A DNA stretch of 64,000 nt from Octopus vulgaris (taxonomy: Eukaryota), in NCBI GenBank assembly GCA_951406725.2, contig OX597816.1, positions 64,666,001 through 64,730,000 on the forward strand. Reading direction: 5' to 3'. This document shows positions 26,860 through 40,732 of the stretch, in pieces. The notes below the pieces were generated by a model, which was given only the letters and a program-made list of their open reading frames with translations, was not told the DNA's origin and did not search any database. Positions within the stretch are counted from its first letter, which is position 1. Every line of letters starts with the position of its first letter. Both the position numbers and the translations under genes were made by a program.

Positions 26860-27625
26860 AGAGTGAGAGAGAGAAAGATAAGTAACTAACTGATACTAGT
26901 TCGTTTGTACGTATGTATATCAGTGTCCATACTGCTATACGAATACAGATTAGTTACCTAAATGTAAACATATACAATATGCGTGCACACTCATATACGC
27001 GTGTAAATATATAGGTGTGTATGGGCGTGTGTGATTGTGTGGTGTGTATATACATAGGTGCAGGTATAAGATTATATGTGTGTGCGTTTATGTGTCTGTG
27101 ACTTTGTCTCTGTATGTGTGTTTTTGTGTGTGTATTTGTGTTTTCTTTGTGTCTAATAACTTCAATAATTTGATAGAAATTCCAATATCACCGTCAATTA
27201 TGATGGTGGTGAAAGCATTTCTACACTAAAGTCAGTACGTTAAAAAGTTCAACGTAAATAAAAGAAAACAAACAAGTTTTCACTATTTATTATACTCGTG
27301 TGTATTTCGATACTGCCTAGACTACAACTGAGCAACAAAGTGCACCGGGAGGAAAAAAAAAATTCTATACTTTATATCTAGACGTAACCTATTTGATATC
27401 GCGACTTAATTAGCACCAATTAAAATATAGACTCCGCGTTGTTACTTGGATAAATGCATTATATTCTTAGCAGCAATAAAAGAATTAAATCATATTAAGT
27501 AAATTGAAGGAGACTGTAAATATATGTGTGTGTGTTTCTGTGTACACACAAAAGAGTGAGAGAGAGAATACAGCGATAGACAAATAGAAAGATTGATAGA
27601 TAGATAAATATGCAAGTATCTATCC

Positions 27626-27723
<98 letters not shown>

Positions 27724-28131
27724 ATTTGTATCCTGAGTCAATAGCTTATAGAACGTTCTGATTGTTTTGTAGTCTCAGAGCGATATTAAGTGCTATTTAA
27801 ATTGTTTACCGAATAATTTCTCTGGAGATTACAAAAAGCTGGGAGTTCCTCTGTGATTCTCTATGTATATGTGAGTGTTTATGTAGCTGCGTTTGAGTCT
27901 ATGTATGTGGAAATATGTGTGCGACCATAGAGATATGTTACTGTTGCATGTAACATTTGTTGCATTTGGTCTTGGTGGTTTTCATCATATTTTTATCCCA
28001 AATTTTTCCCTCTCTAAAGAAACATTGGAAACCATTATAAGCTTCGCCATCTGCAATTTGGAACATTATTTGGTACTGCATTTTCCACTGTGTTCCTACC
28101 CGTTATTGAAAGGGTATGATGTTATTGAAAG

Positions 28132-28360
28132 GTGGCGAGCTGGCAGAATCGTTAGCACGCCGGGCGAAATGCTGAGCGGTATTTCGTCTGCCGTTACGTT
28201 GTGAGTTAAAATTCTGCCGAGGTCGACTTTGCCTTTCATCCTTTCAGGGTCGATAACTTAAGTACCAGTTACGCACTGGGGTCGATGTAATCGACTTAAT
28301 ACCTATGTCAGTCCTTGTTTGTCCCCTCTATGTTTAGCCCCTTGTGGGTAATAAAGAAAT
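28132..28360 (+). mobile_element. SINE family B
   Basis: Full-length; TSD GGGTATGATGT(T/A)ATTGAAA. Confidence 0.85.
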
Positions 28361-28946
28361 GGGTATGATGTAATTGAAATGATTTCTGATTGCTATGTCC
28401 AGCAGATAGGCTTTCCGTAAGGGTTTTAATAATAATTCTTTGGTAGAGTCGGTAAAATATCAGTCGAATCGTTATATATTGTTCTGTATCTGAGACCAAT
28501 TTCATTATTTTGGCCAGCTTCTTTTTACTAATCGAGAAAACACAGAATCGATTAAGGAGTTTTGTTTTATCTCAGAACTCGTTCCCATGCATTTGTTTTC
28601 TCAATATCTGGAATACCTAATTTTTGTATGAAATGCTTGAGTCATATTGTTATGTATTTCGTTCCACAACTACGAAACCATTCCAACAGCGTAGTATTTG
28701 AACATATATAATCTTGTTCAGTATTGGGTTAATCAACACAATGGGAGTGAGACTTGTTTGAAACATATTCCACGCTAGTCTGCACACACGTACATATATA
28801 TATATATATATATATATACTTACATAAATACATACATGTATGTACACACATACATACATACATAAATACATACATACATGTATGTATGTATGTGAAGACG
28901 CATGGATTAGTAGTTAGGGCTTTCGGCTCGCGATTGTAATGTCGCT

Positions 28947-30850
28947 TTGGTCCACCGTTTCAACTTTGAACCAAGACCCCGCCGAGCCAACCTCACTCGG
29001 GCCGAATCCATTGCCCTTCGCCACCTCCGCCGACGTAATGACATTGTCATCAAACCGGCGGACAAAGGCGGGGCAGTGGTAGTGTGGCGCGCGGACCTAT
29101 ACAGGGAGGAAGCGCTCAACCAGCTTCAAAATCCCCTCTTCTATCGCCTCCTCCCCTCCGATCCCACCTCCTCCTACCAACAGCGAGTGTCCTCCACCAT
29201 CCGCGACCTCATCTCCTCCTCCGCTCTCCCCCCACCGCCACCAACCTCATCGTCCGCACACCCCGCACCTCCACCATCTACTTCCTTCCCAAGATCCATA
29301 AACCCTCTAATCCTGGCCGTCCCATAGTCTCTGCCTGTAATTGCCCCACTGAACTCATCTCCCTATACCTCGACCGCATCCTGTCCCCCTTAGTCGCAGC
29401 CCTCCCATCCCACATACACAACACCAACCACGCCCTCCGTCTCTTCAATTCCTTTTCCTTCCCTTCCAGCCCCTCACACCTCCTCTTCACTTTAGATGTA
29501 AAATCCCTGTACACAGTGATTCCCCACAATGACGGTCTCCTAGCCCTCCAACACTTCCTCGACCGTCGTCCCGACCCCACCCCTGGCACCCCCACCCTTC
29601 TCCGTTTGGCTGAGCTCGTCCTCACCCTAAATTGCTTCACGTTCGCCGGGGAAACGTACCAACAGAGGTCCGGGGTCGCGATGGGAACTAGGATGGGCCC
29701 CAATTTCGCCAATCTCTTTCTTGGCTACATTGAGGCCCAAGTGTTCTCCCAGTTCTCTGGGCCGACCCCCGAACTATACGGTCGCTATATCGACGACTGC
29801 GTAGGTGCCACCTCCCTTTCCCGTGAACTTCTCTGCCAATTCATCTCTTTCCTTTCCAACTTTCACCCCTCTCTTCAATTCACCTCCACCATCTCCAACA
29901 CCTCTGTCAACTTCCGTGACATCTCTCTCCGCATCGATCACCCCTCCAACTCTCTCACCACCACCGCCTTCTTTAAACCTACGGATTCCCACCTCTATCT
30001 CAACTTCTCTTCCTCCCACCCCTTCCACACCAAACGAGCCATCCCCTACTCCCAGTTCCTCCGCCTCCGACGTTTGTGCAGCCGCGACCAGGATTTCGAG
30101 ACCCAATCTCAATACCTGGCCCGCATGTTCAGACTCCGAGGTTACCCACCCATACTCCTCTCTGATGCCCTCACCCGCGCCCGTCGCATCGACCGCACTA
30201 CCGCCCTGTCTCCTTCCCCCCGCCCATCCCCCAACCGCACCCCCTTCCCCCTCCGTTTCCACCCCTCTACCCTACCCCTTCGTCGCAAGATACTACGTGC
30301 CTTCCGTCGCCTCCAGCTTGATCCCACCACCCGCCCCATTTTCCCTAACCCACCCCTGTCCTCCTTCAAACGAGCCCGCAATCTGCGTGACCTCCTGGTC
30401 CACAGCACCCTCTCTCCTTCCCCCTCAGCCCCACGCGGATCATTCCCTTGCTCTAGATCCCGCTGCAACACTTGCCCCTTCATCACCAACACCACCGCTG
30501 TCACCGGCTCCAACCAGCATACTGTACGCATTAGGCACTCTTTTACGTGCACCTCGTCTGGCCTTATTTACTGCATTAAATGCAACCTATGCGGGATGCT
30601 GTATGTAGGACAGACGGGACGCCGGTTGTCCGACCGATTCACAGAACATTTGAGGGACGTTCGCCTACACTCTTTTTCTCCCGTTGCACGCCACTTCCGC
30701 TCGGCCGGCCATTCCCTAGATGACATCTCAGTGTTTGGTCTCGCCCCCCACAATGGTCGCCCACTTTCCAGGCTCCACTTGGAGCAACGCTACATCTTCA
30801 CCCTACAAACTACTACCCCACACGGACTTAACACAGCCCCCTCCTCTTGA
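28947..30850 (+). pseudogene. PLE reverse transcriptase + GIY-YIG endonuclease, one frameshift in a C-run near 29230
   Basis: IKPADKGGAVVV, LPKIHK..GRPIVS, LDVKSLYT, GVAMGT, RYIDD, KPTD, IPYSQFLRLRR, Cys linker CSRSRCNTC (Neptune-like), LIYCIKC..LYVGQTGR..RFTEH..E..I..GLN. Confidence 0.95.
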
Positions 30851-30879
30851 GGTCCGCTTCTTCTTTTTTTTTTTCCCGG

Positions 30880-33540
30880 ATACACCACCCACACACACAC
30901 ACCTACCTACCTCCCACACGCCTGTTCACACACACACATACGTAGACCCATCTACGTACATACATTCACACATTTAATCACACACACTTATAGACATACA
31001 TGCACACACTAACATACAAACCAACATGCACATACACACACACATACATACATACACACACACATACATACTTACACACACACACACACACAGACATACA
31101 TACACACATACATACACACATACATACGCACATACATACACACACACTCACACACACACACCGCACGTACATACTTCACACACACACACCGCACGTACAT
31201 ACTTCACACACACACACATGCACACATACATGTAGGCACACACATACATACATACCCACACATGCACACCCTTACACTGAATGCACACACACATACACCT
31301 TTTTGCATCCAGGCAGCCCCCCCCCTCTTTTCTGCTTTCCTGTTTTGACTGATGGATCCTCGGTTCCCGCGTAGCGGGTCGTTCGAGGGCCTTTGCGCTC
31401 GCGCGCCTTGGCGCGCGCTGGGGGCTTGGTCGGCCCCATGGGCTTGCGTTGTATTGCTTGTGTGTTGTGTGCGTGAGCGCGCTTGTGTGTGTGTGTGCTT
31501 GCTTCGGATGTGCGCGTGCGTATGTATGCATACATACCCACACACTCGCATGCATCCCTACCCACATACATACACGCACACCTACTCACACACACACATA
31601 CACACACACACACATACCCGCATACACACACATACATACATACACACACATACCTACTTCAGACATACACACACACAGACAGACATACACCCATACACAC
31701 ACTCACACGCATACACTCACACGCATACACACACACACATACACACGCACACGTACACATACACACACACACACCTACATACATACATTACACTTGTATA
31801 CACACACACTTACATTCATACACACACACACCTACCTACACACACACACAAACACACACAGACACACACCCATACATACATACATCTACACACAAACGCC
31901 TACACACATACACACATACATAAACACACACACATACACATACACATACATACGCACACACACATATACTTATACACATGCACACACACACACATACATA
32001 CATACACCCATACACATACACACACACATACCTACATACTCCTATACGCACATACATACACACAGACATACACACATACACACTCACACAAACATACACA
32101 CACACATACTTACACACACACTCGCCTGCACGCGCACACACATGCATGACAAACACCCATACACTCACACTCACATACGCACACACCAACATAAACACGC
32201 ACACGCACACATACACCTACACTCCCACACACATACATACGCACCTACATACACACACGCACGCATACACACGCACACACACGCATACACACATACATTT
32301 CACACGTACACACACACCTACATACACATGCATACACACACACACACAAACATGCACGGACACACCCAGACATACATACATACACCTATATACACACGCC
32401 CACACACATACATACACACACATACATACACACACATACACGGACACACCCATACATACTTACATACATATACCTATACACACACGCCTACACACCTACA
32501 TACACACACATGCATACACACACACATGTACGCACATACACACACATATACGCACATACATATATACCCACACACATGCACACACACACATACGCACATG
32601 CATGCATGCATGCACACGCGCACACCTACACGCATACACACACACACACGCACGTACACATACATACATACACACACACATACATACACCCATACACATA
32701 CATGCATCCTACACACACATACATACACACTCACACATACATACACACACACACACTCACTCACACACCTGTATGTACGCGCACACACATGCACATACAC
32801 ACACTTCCACACACCCACACGTACATGCATACACACTCATACACATACACACACACACACACGGACATACATCTATGCACACACATATATACACACATAC
32901 TCACATACATTCATCGGACACACTGACACCCAGACATACACCCAGACACACTCACACATCCACACACATACATACTTACGCGCACACTCGCAGGCGCGCG
33001 CACACACGCGCTTGCGCCGGTTCGCGCACGCATACGCGCTGCATGCACCTCGCTCTTGGACCCGACGAGACCTCCCGCTCGTTCCTGGGACCGTCGCCTG
33101 TCGTTGGGTTCTCCCACGCCCGTCTCCGCGGGACCACTCAGCTGGAGTCCTTTTTCCTTACCCCCCCCTTTTTTGTTACACACGCGCACACATACATACA
33201 CCCACTCACACACACACATTGCTTAAATATATACATTACTCTTACACACATTCAAATCTACTCGCCATTAATACTACCACGACACTGGACACACACACAC
33301 ACTACTACTCAACACACGCTGGCACGCTACATACGCCCCCACCCCTTCCCCTCCCTCCCTTCCTACTTCCTTCATTGTCTTACTACTGACCACTTGTCTG
33401 TTGCCTACTACTGTTCGCCCTACCTCAAACGCCTACACACAGACGCACACACTAACACATACATATATTTTTTGTTTTTTTATCTCGCCTCACACACACA
33501 TACACACACGCACACGCACACACTCACACATACACACACA
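30880..33540. repeat. degenerate (CA)n/(CATA)n low-complexity tract in the PLE 3' UTR
   Basis: Directly visible; interrupted by two GC-rich islands. Confidence 0.95.
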
Positions 33541-33713
33541 TCTGTTGCGTTACCAACCCTGTCTCCACTCTTTTGGCTTTAAAAACCTACTTTGCTCTTG
33601 TTATCGTAAACTTCCGCCTTTCACCATGTGTACTTCGTAAACACCAGTCGTTTTTTTCTCCATCTCCTGTTGCCCACTTTGGGATCTTTCTTTCCTCTCT
33701 CTTCTTTCTTTAT

Positions 33714-33748
33714 GTTTCCGACGAAGAGCTCCGCTCGAAACGTCATAC
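33714..33748 (+). ncRNA. hammerhead motif of the Neptune PLE pseudo-LTR
   Basis: gttt-CCGACGA-a-gagc tcc gctc-GAAA-cg-TC-atac; GUC site, palindromic helix III ACGT. Confidence 0.7.
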
Positions 33749-33833
33749 CTTCCTGCTTCCATATTTCCTGAGCGCCTATTAATAATAATACTGTAATTGT
33801 TCCACTGTTTTTGTTTTTTTGTTTTCCCGTTTG

Positions 33834-33921
<88 letters not shown>

Positions 33922-34680
33922 TATATACATACATATATGTACATACTTACATATATATGTATGTATACATGCATATATGGGTACAAGACGTCATAAAACG
34001 TAAACAACATGAAATGCGAAATACGAAAGCATGAAATTCGAAGACAAACATTTGAATACATACAACGAAAGAAACAAATGGAAAACAAGACAAGTAACAT
34101 AAAGAACGACCCTTCATAAGTTGTGAGCTCTTTATCTATTCCACATTTTGAGCAATTCGCGACAATATGTCTCTTCCAGAAAACAGTTGCGAATCAAAAT
34201 AAAATTTGGGATTGGCGGAGGGTCAAAGTTGGCATCAAAAACAGTACAATGCAAACAAAGAGTGAGGGCCGCTAGCCCATACGAGGTAAGGCGGTGAACG
34301 CTGGAAAAACAATCTTTCACAGGGGAAAAGATAGGAGAGTAGACAGACAAGAATGCGGCTTGTCTTTGACACAGACAGAAAGAAGGGAAGATGATGACGT
34401 GGGGAAAAGAAAGATGGACCGTGGTCACGTGTGAGCAACAAGAGAGTTAAAGAGGAAGAAGGAGAGAGGGAGGGGGACCAAAAGATAACGGTGAAGGGGA
34501 GAAAAAAGAATTTGAGAAAGGAAGAGAAAACGAAAAGAGTGAGAGAGAAAGTACCAGGCAGAGTCACATCAAATTTATTAAGATAAAGTTACTTGGAAGT
34601 GGTCTCCACGATTATGATTATGTGTGTGTGTGCATGTGTGTGTGTGTGTGTGTGTGAGTTTGTATCTATGTACATTTAAT

Positions 34681-34911
34681 TATTTCTTTACTACCCACAA
34701 GGGGCTAAACACAGAGAGGACAAAAAAGGACAGACAAAGGGATTAAGTCGATTACATCGACCCCAGTGCGTAACTGGTACTTCATTTATCGACCCCGAAA
34801 GGATGAAAGGCAAAGTCGACCTCGACGGAATTCGAACTCAGAACGTAACGGCAAGCGAAATATCGCTGAGCATTTCGCCCGGCGTGCTAACGTTTCTGCC
34901 AGCTCGCCACC
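34681..34911 (-). mobile_element. SINE family B
   Basis: Full-length; TSD TATGTACATTTAAT. Confidence 0.85.
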
Positions 34912-35712
34912 TTACACGTATGTACATTTAATGTGTAGCGAGTGTTATAAGTGTACATACAAATGCTATGCATGTCTGTACGTATGTGTGTTTTCAAGGA
35001 ATGTGAAAGACAGGAGTAAACAGGAGATAGAGGGAGGTCCGTCGATATACATCCCTCCATACATACCTATATACATCCTTACATAAAAGCAATTACATAT
35101 TTGTAGTATTTGTCTCTTAATTTAATTTATCTCCCCACAAGACAGGGGAGAATGGATTTCTCTATTTAAAAGGCGAGAAGCAACAAACACACGTCGAACA
35201 ACGTTACGATAACTGAAAAGTGAAGTTATTCACCAATTTGATAACAAATGAATTAATACATTTCTTTCGTTTCTACATACTGCCATTCCTCCATTCTCAT
35301 TATTCCTTTATATCCCATTTCCCCAAACCAACTCACTTTGACTGATGTCATATCTAAGATAGCGGGTTCTATCGAATATTTTTAGGATATGCATTACATT
35401 TCCTATCTCAATGTTTCATTTCATTTCTAGCTTCCATTCTCTTTTCTTAGCCATCATTATTCACAATTCTCAGCTGAATAATATAGCATCGAATTCCATT
35501 AGGAAAATGACGGAATCCAAACGCCACTTACTGACGAACTTTTAGGAACATTTATAGTGTCTCTGCATCAATTATATTCTACAAAGGAGTTTAATAACGT
35601 TCTCATCGCGTCTTTTTCTTTTGGTTTCTCTTTAATTTACTCACAATTCACTTTCTATTGTTTCTACTATTCTCTCAGCTTCGCTCTTCCCCTTCGTTGC
35701 ATAACTATATAG

Positions 35713-35775
<63 letters not shown>

Positions 35776-37284
35776 GATATCAAGTCTCTTTCTCTCTTTC
35801 ATTTTTCAATATTTCTCACTCTGAGTCTCTCTCTCTGTATATCAATATATATATATATATAGATAGATAGATAGATAGGTAAATAAGCGGACAGACACAC
35901 ACATACACATATAGAGATTGATAATTATAATGTGGATAATATCTATCTATCTATGAGAGACAAGAGGTAGAGAGATGGGGTACAGATTTATGTACGCATA
36001 CACTTATATAAATACACAAACACCAACCGGCATATAGACATGTATATTTAGTAATGGTGAGTAAGCCAATGCGCTTTGCATAATGCAAATGAACATGTAC
36101 GACATACTAAACTGAGATCCGAAAATAGGAGCTGAAAAACAAAGAAAAAATCTGAAAGCAGTAGAAATGCACGAAGGATTATTGTAGTGCCATGGAGTAA
36201 ACATGCTTCAGATACACTCGTTTATTTATACAAACGCAACTGACGTGAAATATGTCATAAATAACAGTGACAAACGAAATATACACCGCCGGAGTTTGTT
36301 GTTGACAAACAACAGCAGTAATTTTATTCAGCTGAATACACGTCATTGATTGGTTAAAATTACCGAAATACGACAACTTTAACACGAAATAACTTTGAAA
36401 ATACACACTTTTCTCAACAACACTAAGAGTAAAAGATGTTTTATATGACACATTCTACCAGTGACCGAAGTGTGAAAGTGTTTAGTTACAAAAAATTAAT
36501 TTCTTGATCTTGTGTTCAAAGGGTAAATATCCGTAAACTGTGTCTTAGTTGTAATAATTTTAGTTGTGACAATGTTACCCACTGCAGCAGTGAGCGATAA
36601 ACTAAACGGACAAATGAAAACAAACGTCATTACAATACCTCAGGGATCAGAAAAGATTTAATTTAAGAAAAGAGACTAAATTTGTTTGCAGTATGCCGTC
36701 TGTAACGCATACCTGTTATGTATTGGACCCATAAAGAAGCTAACGTCGAGGTAAGTTAAAGTACCCGGACACCGAGTTCTTTCCGGTTGCTCCGCTAGTT
36801 TCGTGTATGTTGGGTTGATTCTATCAATTGCATACAAGGCCGAAAAATCTTTAGCATTCCTTTAGACAAAGACTCGGCGAGATACGAGTTAGTAAGTGAA
36901 AGAGATTGTGGCCTACCTCACTGGCTCTTCAGATAATAAATCCGAAGTGTAGCAATGGTTAGTGGAAGGACAATCTCTACGCTAGAGGTGCACTTACATT
37001 GCATCAGTCTTGTCATGGAAAGTGATCAAAGCTGTAGAAGTATGAAATTAATTATGTAACAACACTATCTCCAATTACAGTGTTTGTAAAAAAAAAAAAA
37101 ATTGTTATTTTCATATGGCTCTTTCCAACTATAATACACTTGCTTTACAAACAACAATTTAAACTCTACTCTCCGTATTATTTTTTTCTATGTGAAAGGT
37201 TTAGATTTTAATGTTTAACTTTCAGCGATTAACAATATAGATATAATTTAATGTTATAATAGAGCATAAACAGACATGCATAAC

Positions 37285-37487
37285 ATATAGGGAGAGTTTG
37301 CAAAAAAAAAACAAAAGACGAAGACAGGTGGTGTACAAAACAAACAGATGTATTAGTATAATACACGGGAAGTGAAAAAGTCTTTAACGTTTCGAGCCTA
37401 CGCTCTTCTACAGAAAGGGACACAGAAAAATCAAGGAGAGAAACAAAGAGAGGAAAAAATGTGAGTAGTGGCTAACGATCTATCATA
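37285..37487 (-). mobile_element. solo pseudo-LTR-like repeat with hammerhead
   Basis: Related to 42400-42548 and 54917-55032. Confidence 0.65.
37382..37417 (-). ncRNA. hammerhead motif with CUGUAGA core
   Basis: Minus strand cttt-CTGTAGA-a-gagc gtag gctc-GAAA-cg-TT-aaag. Confidence 0.6.
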
Positions 37488-37788
37488 TTGCATATAGTCG
37501 TGCATCTCATCACACCTCTTTGCCCACTTAACCTTGGAAGAGTCATAGGGATGGCCTTCTCAAGCACAGCGTGCTTATGTTCCTGTCAAAAGCAACTGTC
37601 TGCAATTGGTTTGGCTGGAACCTCAAGCAAGTCTAACTTAGCTATACAAACATCCTGCTTGTTGTCTTCTCCTAGCTCGCCTGTTGGTTGAATTTGCGCG
37701 TATAACTTGCCCAGTGACTATTTTCCGAGACATTCTTACCACATCTCTATTGCATCGGAGCTTTGATCTCTTCATTTCGAGAACTAGC

Positions 37789-37895
37789 AGCTCTAACTGG
37801 AGTGCCTCTCTGATCTACGGGCTAAAGTAGTGGATCTAACTGCAGTGCCTCTGATCTCCCAGCTAAAGTAGTGGCTCTAACTGCATCGCCTCTGA
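37789..37895. repeat. short tandem repeat, about 41-43 bp x 2.6
   Basis: CTAACTG(G/C)AGTGCCTCT..GCTAAAGTAGTGG recurs. Confidence 0.8.
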
Positions 37896-38775
37896 GGTCT
37901 CCGAGTTATGCACCCTATCGAGTAACGTTACTCCAAATACTTCTTAATAATTACCCAGAAATTTTGATCACAGATAAGGGTAGGTACGATCACCGATTTG
38001 AAGATAACAAGTCTGGCTTTTACACTACCCTTCCGCCCTTTTGATAACCGAATGGTGATGCTGGTGCATTACTGCACCAGCTCCAGCAATTCTTCCACTT
38101 AATTCAGCCTCCTGTCTGACATCAGTACTAAGAACTGCTTCGTGATATTTGACTTTCTCCTCCTGCATCAGTTGAAATCTACTCAAATGTAGAGTGAATT
38201 GCGCAGGTTTCTTTCAGAGGACGAGTGTCTCAGTAGTTGCAGTAGAAAACTCGCAAACACAAAGCAAATATTAATTCCTGTAAAGGACTCGCAGGGACAC
38301 AAATCCACGATATTTAGATCAAGTGTCCAGACGTTTTCCATGCATAAGCAATTTCCTTGTGACCCCATTGTCAAGGAATAGCCGTAGGTTCCTGTGAATA
38401 AGCAAGCAAAGAAGAAGGGCAAATACGTTCACTGTTGTAATTGCCCGAAATATTTATAATATAAATTTCATATATGAGCAGCCCTTCTTTAGTAACTAAG
38501 ACTAAAATACAATTTAAAGTCATTTGAAAGGCAAACGCTTATATATTGGTTATTTAAATATAAGATACAAAGCTATTAGAAAAATATCCATTCTCCTAAA
38601 AGATTGGCGATGAGATTCAGGAAAATGTGGTAAAATGAAGTTTAGAATGGTAGGGAATGTATGTATGCATATATGCATGTACACACACAAACACTTATGT
38701 ATATATGCATATATATACATATATATACATGCATACATATATATAATTATATATATATATATATAATTATATATA

Positions 38776-38822
<47 letters not shown>

Positions 38823-38845
38823 TTATATATATACATATACATACA

Positions 38846-38888
<43 letters not shown>

Positions 38889-39103
38889 CAATAATAATTC
38901 TCTAAAAGAGATATAGACAGTAACTGCTCGATAACATAAGGGACTAAAGCCATCTGAATATGGCTAGGGACAGGGCAGGGTGGTGGGGGTGTTACTGTTG
39001 CATTTAGCCCCAGGCGAACATCGACGTCACCAGAAAGGCCCGACACCGTCACGGTGTCCTTTAACCTGCAAAGGGAGGTAATTCCCCGACGAAGCGGAAA
39101 CCA

Positions 39104-39149
39104 CACACGGACCATGGTTTCAAGGTGTATTGCCTATCGTCGGCGTGTG
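39104..39149 (-). ncRNA. type-I hammerhead motif, 361-bp family
   Basis: Minus strand cacacg-CCGACGA-t agg caataca cct t-GAAA-ccatgg-TC-cgtgtg; stem I extends via GAAGCGGAGGCC/GGTTTCCGCTTC. Confidence 0.75.
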
Positions 39150-39335
39150 GTAGGCCTCCGCTTCCTCGACGAACTCTCACTCTGCAGGATATTCATATAT
39201 AGATTTTCAAGCAAAATACATTTGCTGATTTCGAAAATCTGTTCGAAAGCAATAATAATTCTCTAAAAGAGATATAGACAGTAACTGCTCGATAACATAA
39301 GGGACTGAGAGTTCGTCGAGGAAGCGGAGGCCTAC

Positions 39336-39381
39336 CACACGCCGACAATAGGCAATACACCTTGAAACCATGGTCCGTATG
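39336..39381 (+). ncRNA. hammerhead motif, 361-bp family, with G8-to-A core change
   Basis: cacacg-CCGACAA-taggcaatacacctt-GAAA-ccatgg-TC-cgtatg. Confidence 0.6.
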
Positions 39382-39686
39382 TGGTTTCCGCTTCGTCGGG
39401 GAATTACCTCCCTTTGCAGGTTAAAGGACACCGTGACGGTGTCGGGCCTTTCTGGTGACGTCGATGTTCGCCTGGGGCTAAATGCAACAGTAACACCCCC
39501 ACCACCCTGCCCTGTCCCTAGCCATATTCAGATGGCTTTAGTCCCTTATGTTATATATATATATATTTATATATACATATATATATATGCATATGGTTAT
39601 GTCTATATATGTCACATAAATAATCTTGCAAACCAGAGCACTTGACATTTACGTATATATACATGTGTGTGTGTTTGTGTGTGTGT

Positions 39687-39735
<49 letters not shown>

Positions 39736-40564
39736 TTTAAATACACTATTTGCAGAAAGAGAGAGAGGGACTTATTTATTTATATGTATATATACATAAA
39801 CATACCTATTAGTTAGCCTGTATGTATGTATATGTTCTTCGGACATCATATAATGTTCCTAGAGACCTGGAATACTTAAAAATAAATCTTTGTGTGCAGC
39901 TGTCTTTAGCAGATGGCAGGACTCGAGGGAGACAGTAAACTAAGTTGATACATAAAGCAAATACAAAAAAACGCCACATATCTTAAAAGCGAAAGACATC
40001 CTTGATCCAGCTGTGATCCCCTTTCAAGAAAAAAATTCAGATGGCGTTAATCCACATTCAACTATATCAATGCTCAGAAAAAAGAATTTGTTTTCATAAA
40101 GCAGCGGGTAAAAGATCCGCTCGAAGAAATATTATTGTTATATTTGGGTGGTGGGTAATTATGTATTGGATCATTATAAAAAGATGATTTCTTTATTTGG
40201 GTTATATATGCGTTCTATTAGTAATGTGTTAGGGAAAAGTACTATGACCTAAACATCTTATATATAGAGAGCGATAGGAGATTGCAGCTTTTTAAGGCAG
40301 TATATAGCATACGTAAAGATATCACAGATCGGCCTGTATGGCAGTATAAGATACTCCATTATGTGATTTGCCTGCGTATAAAATCAGCTTTCGTTCTAAA
40401 ATAAACGGGTTTTCTTTCATCCTCTGATTACGAAGACATTAATGTATCTATTTATTACGTATGTTTGATTTTTAAACATATGGATCTGGTTTATACACAC
40501 ACACGCGCGCACCCCCACCCACACACGCACACACACGCACACACAAACACACACACATATATAC

Positions 40565-40730
40565 AGCACAGATGTGGCTATGTGGTAAGAAGCTCGTTTC
40601 TCAAATTCATGATTCAGATTCAGCCCCACTGCCCAAGACCCTGGATAAGTGTCTGCTACTATAGCCTCGGACCGACCAAAGCCTGGTGAATAGATTTTGT
40701 AGACGGAAGATAAAAGAAGCCTGTTACATA
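40565..40730 (+). mobile_element. SINE family C 5' half, degraded
   Basis: GTGGCTATGTGGTAAGAAGCT..CTACTATAGCCTCGGACCGACCAAAGCC. Confidence 0.7.
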
Positions 40731-40732
40731 CA

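Larger units (their letters stand above)
28945..33840 (+). mobile_element. Penelope-like element, Neptune-type, 5'-truncated, with 3-kb repetitive 3' UTR and hammerhead pseudo-LTR
   Basis: RT + GIY-YIG ORF, then (CA/CATA)n UTR, then hammerhead at 33714, then (TA)n. Confidence 0.9.
38888..39553. mobile_element. fold-back array of a ~361-bp non-coding unit carrying a hammerhead (retrozyme-like)
   Basis: GCAATAATAATTCTC at 38888 and 39249; 39307-39553 is the reverse complement of about 38932-39178; (TA)n on both sides. Confidence 0.85.

Noticed and set aside
31340-31440. SECIS element or HDV-like ribozyme in the PLE UTR island
   Set aside because: No AUGA/AA/GA SECIS arrangement, no in-frame UGA within the ORF, and no nested double pseudoknot could be built by eye
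31449-33582. 646-aa and 534-aa His/Thr-rich ORFs
   Set aside because: Artefacts of the (CA)n PLE 3' UTR
37789-37895. CRISPR-like repeat-spacer pattern
   Set aside because: Eukaryotic context, only about 2.6 degenerate tandem units, no unique spacers or cas genes
38900-38945. Second hammerhead in the 361-bp unit (CTAAAA-GAG..CTC-GATA)
   Set aside because: Both conserved boxes deviate too far from consensus
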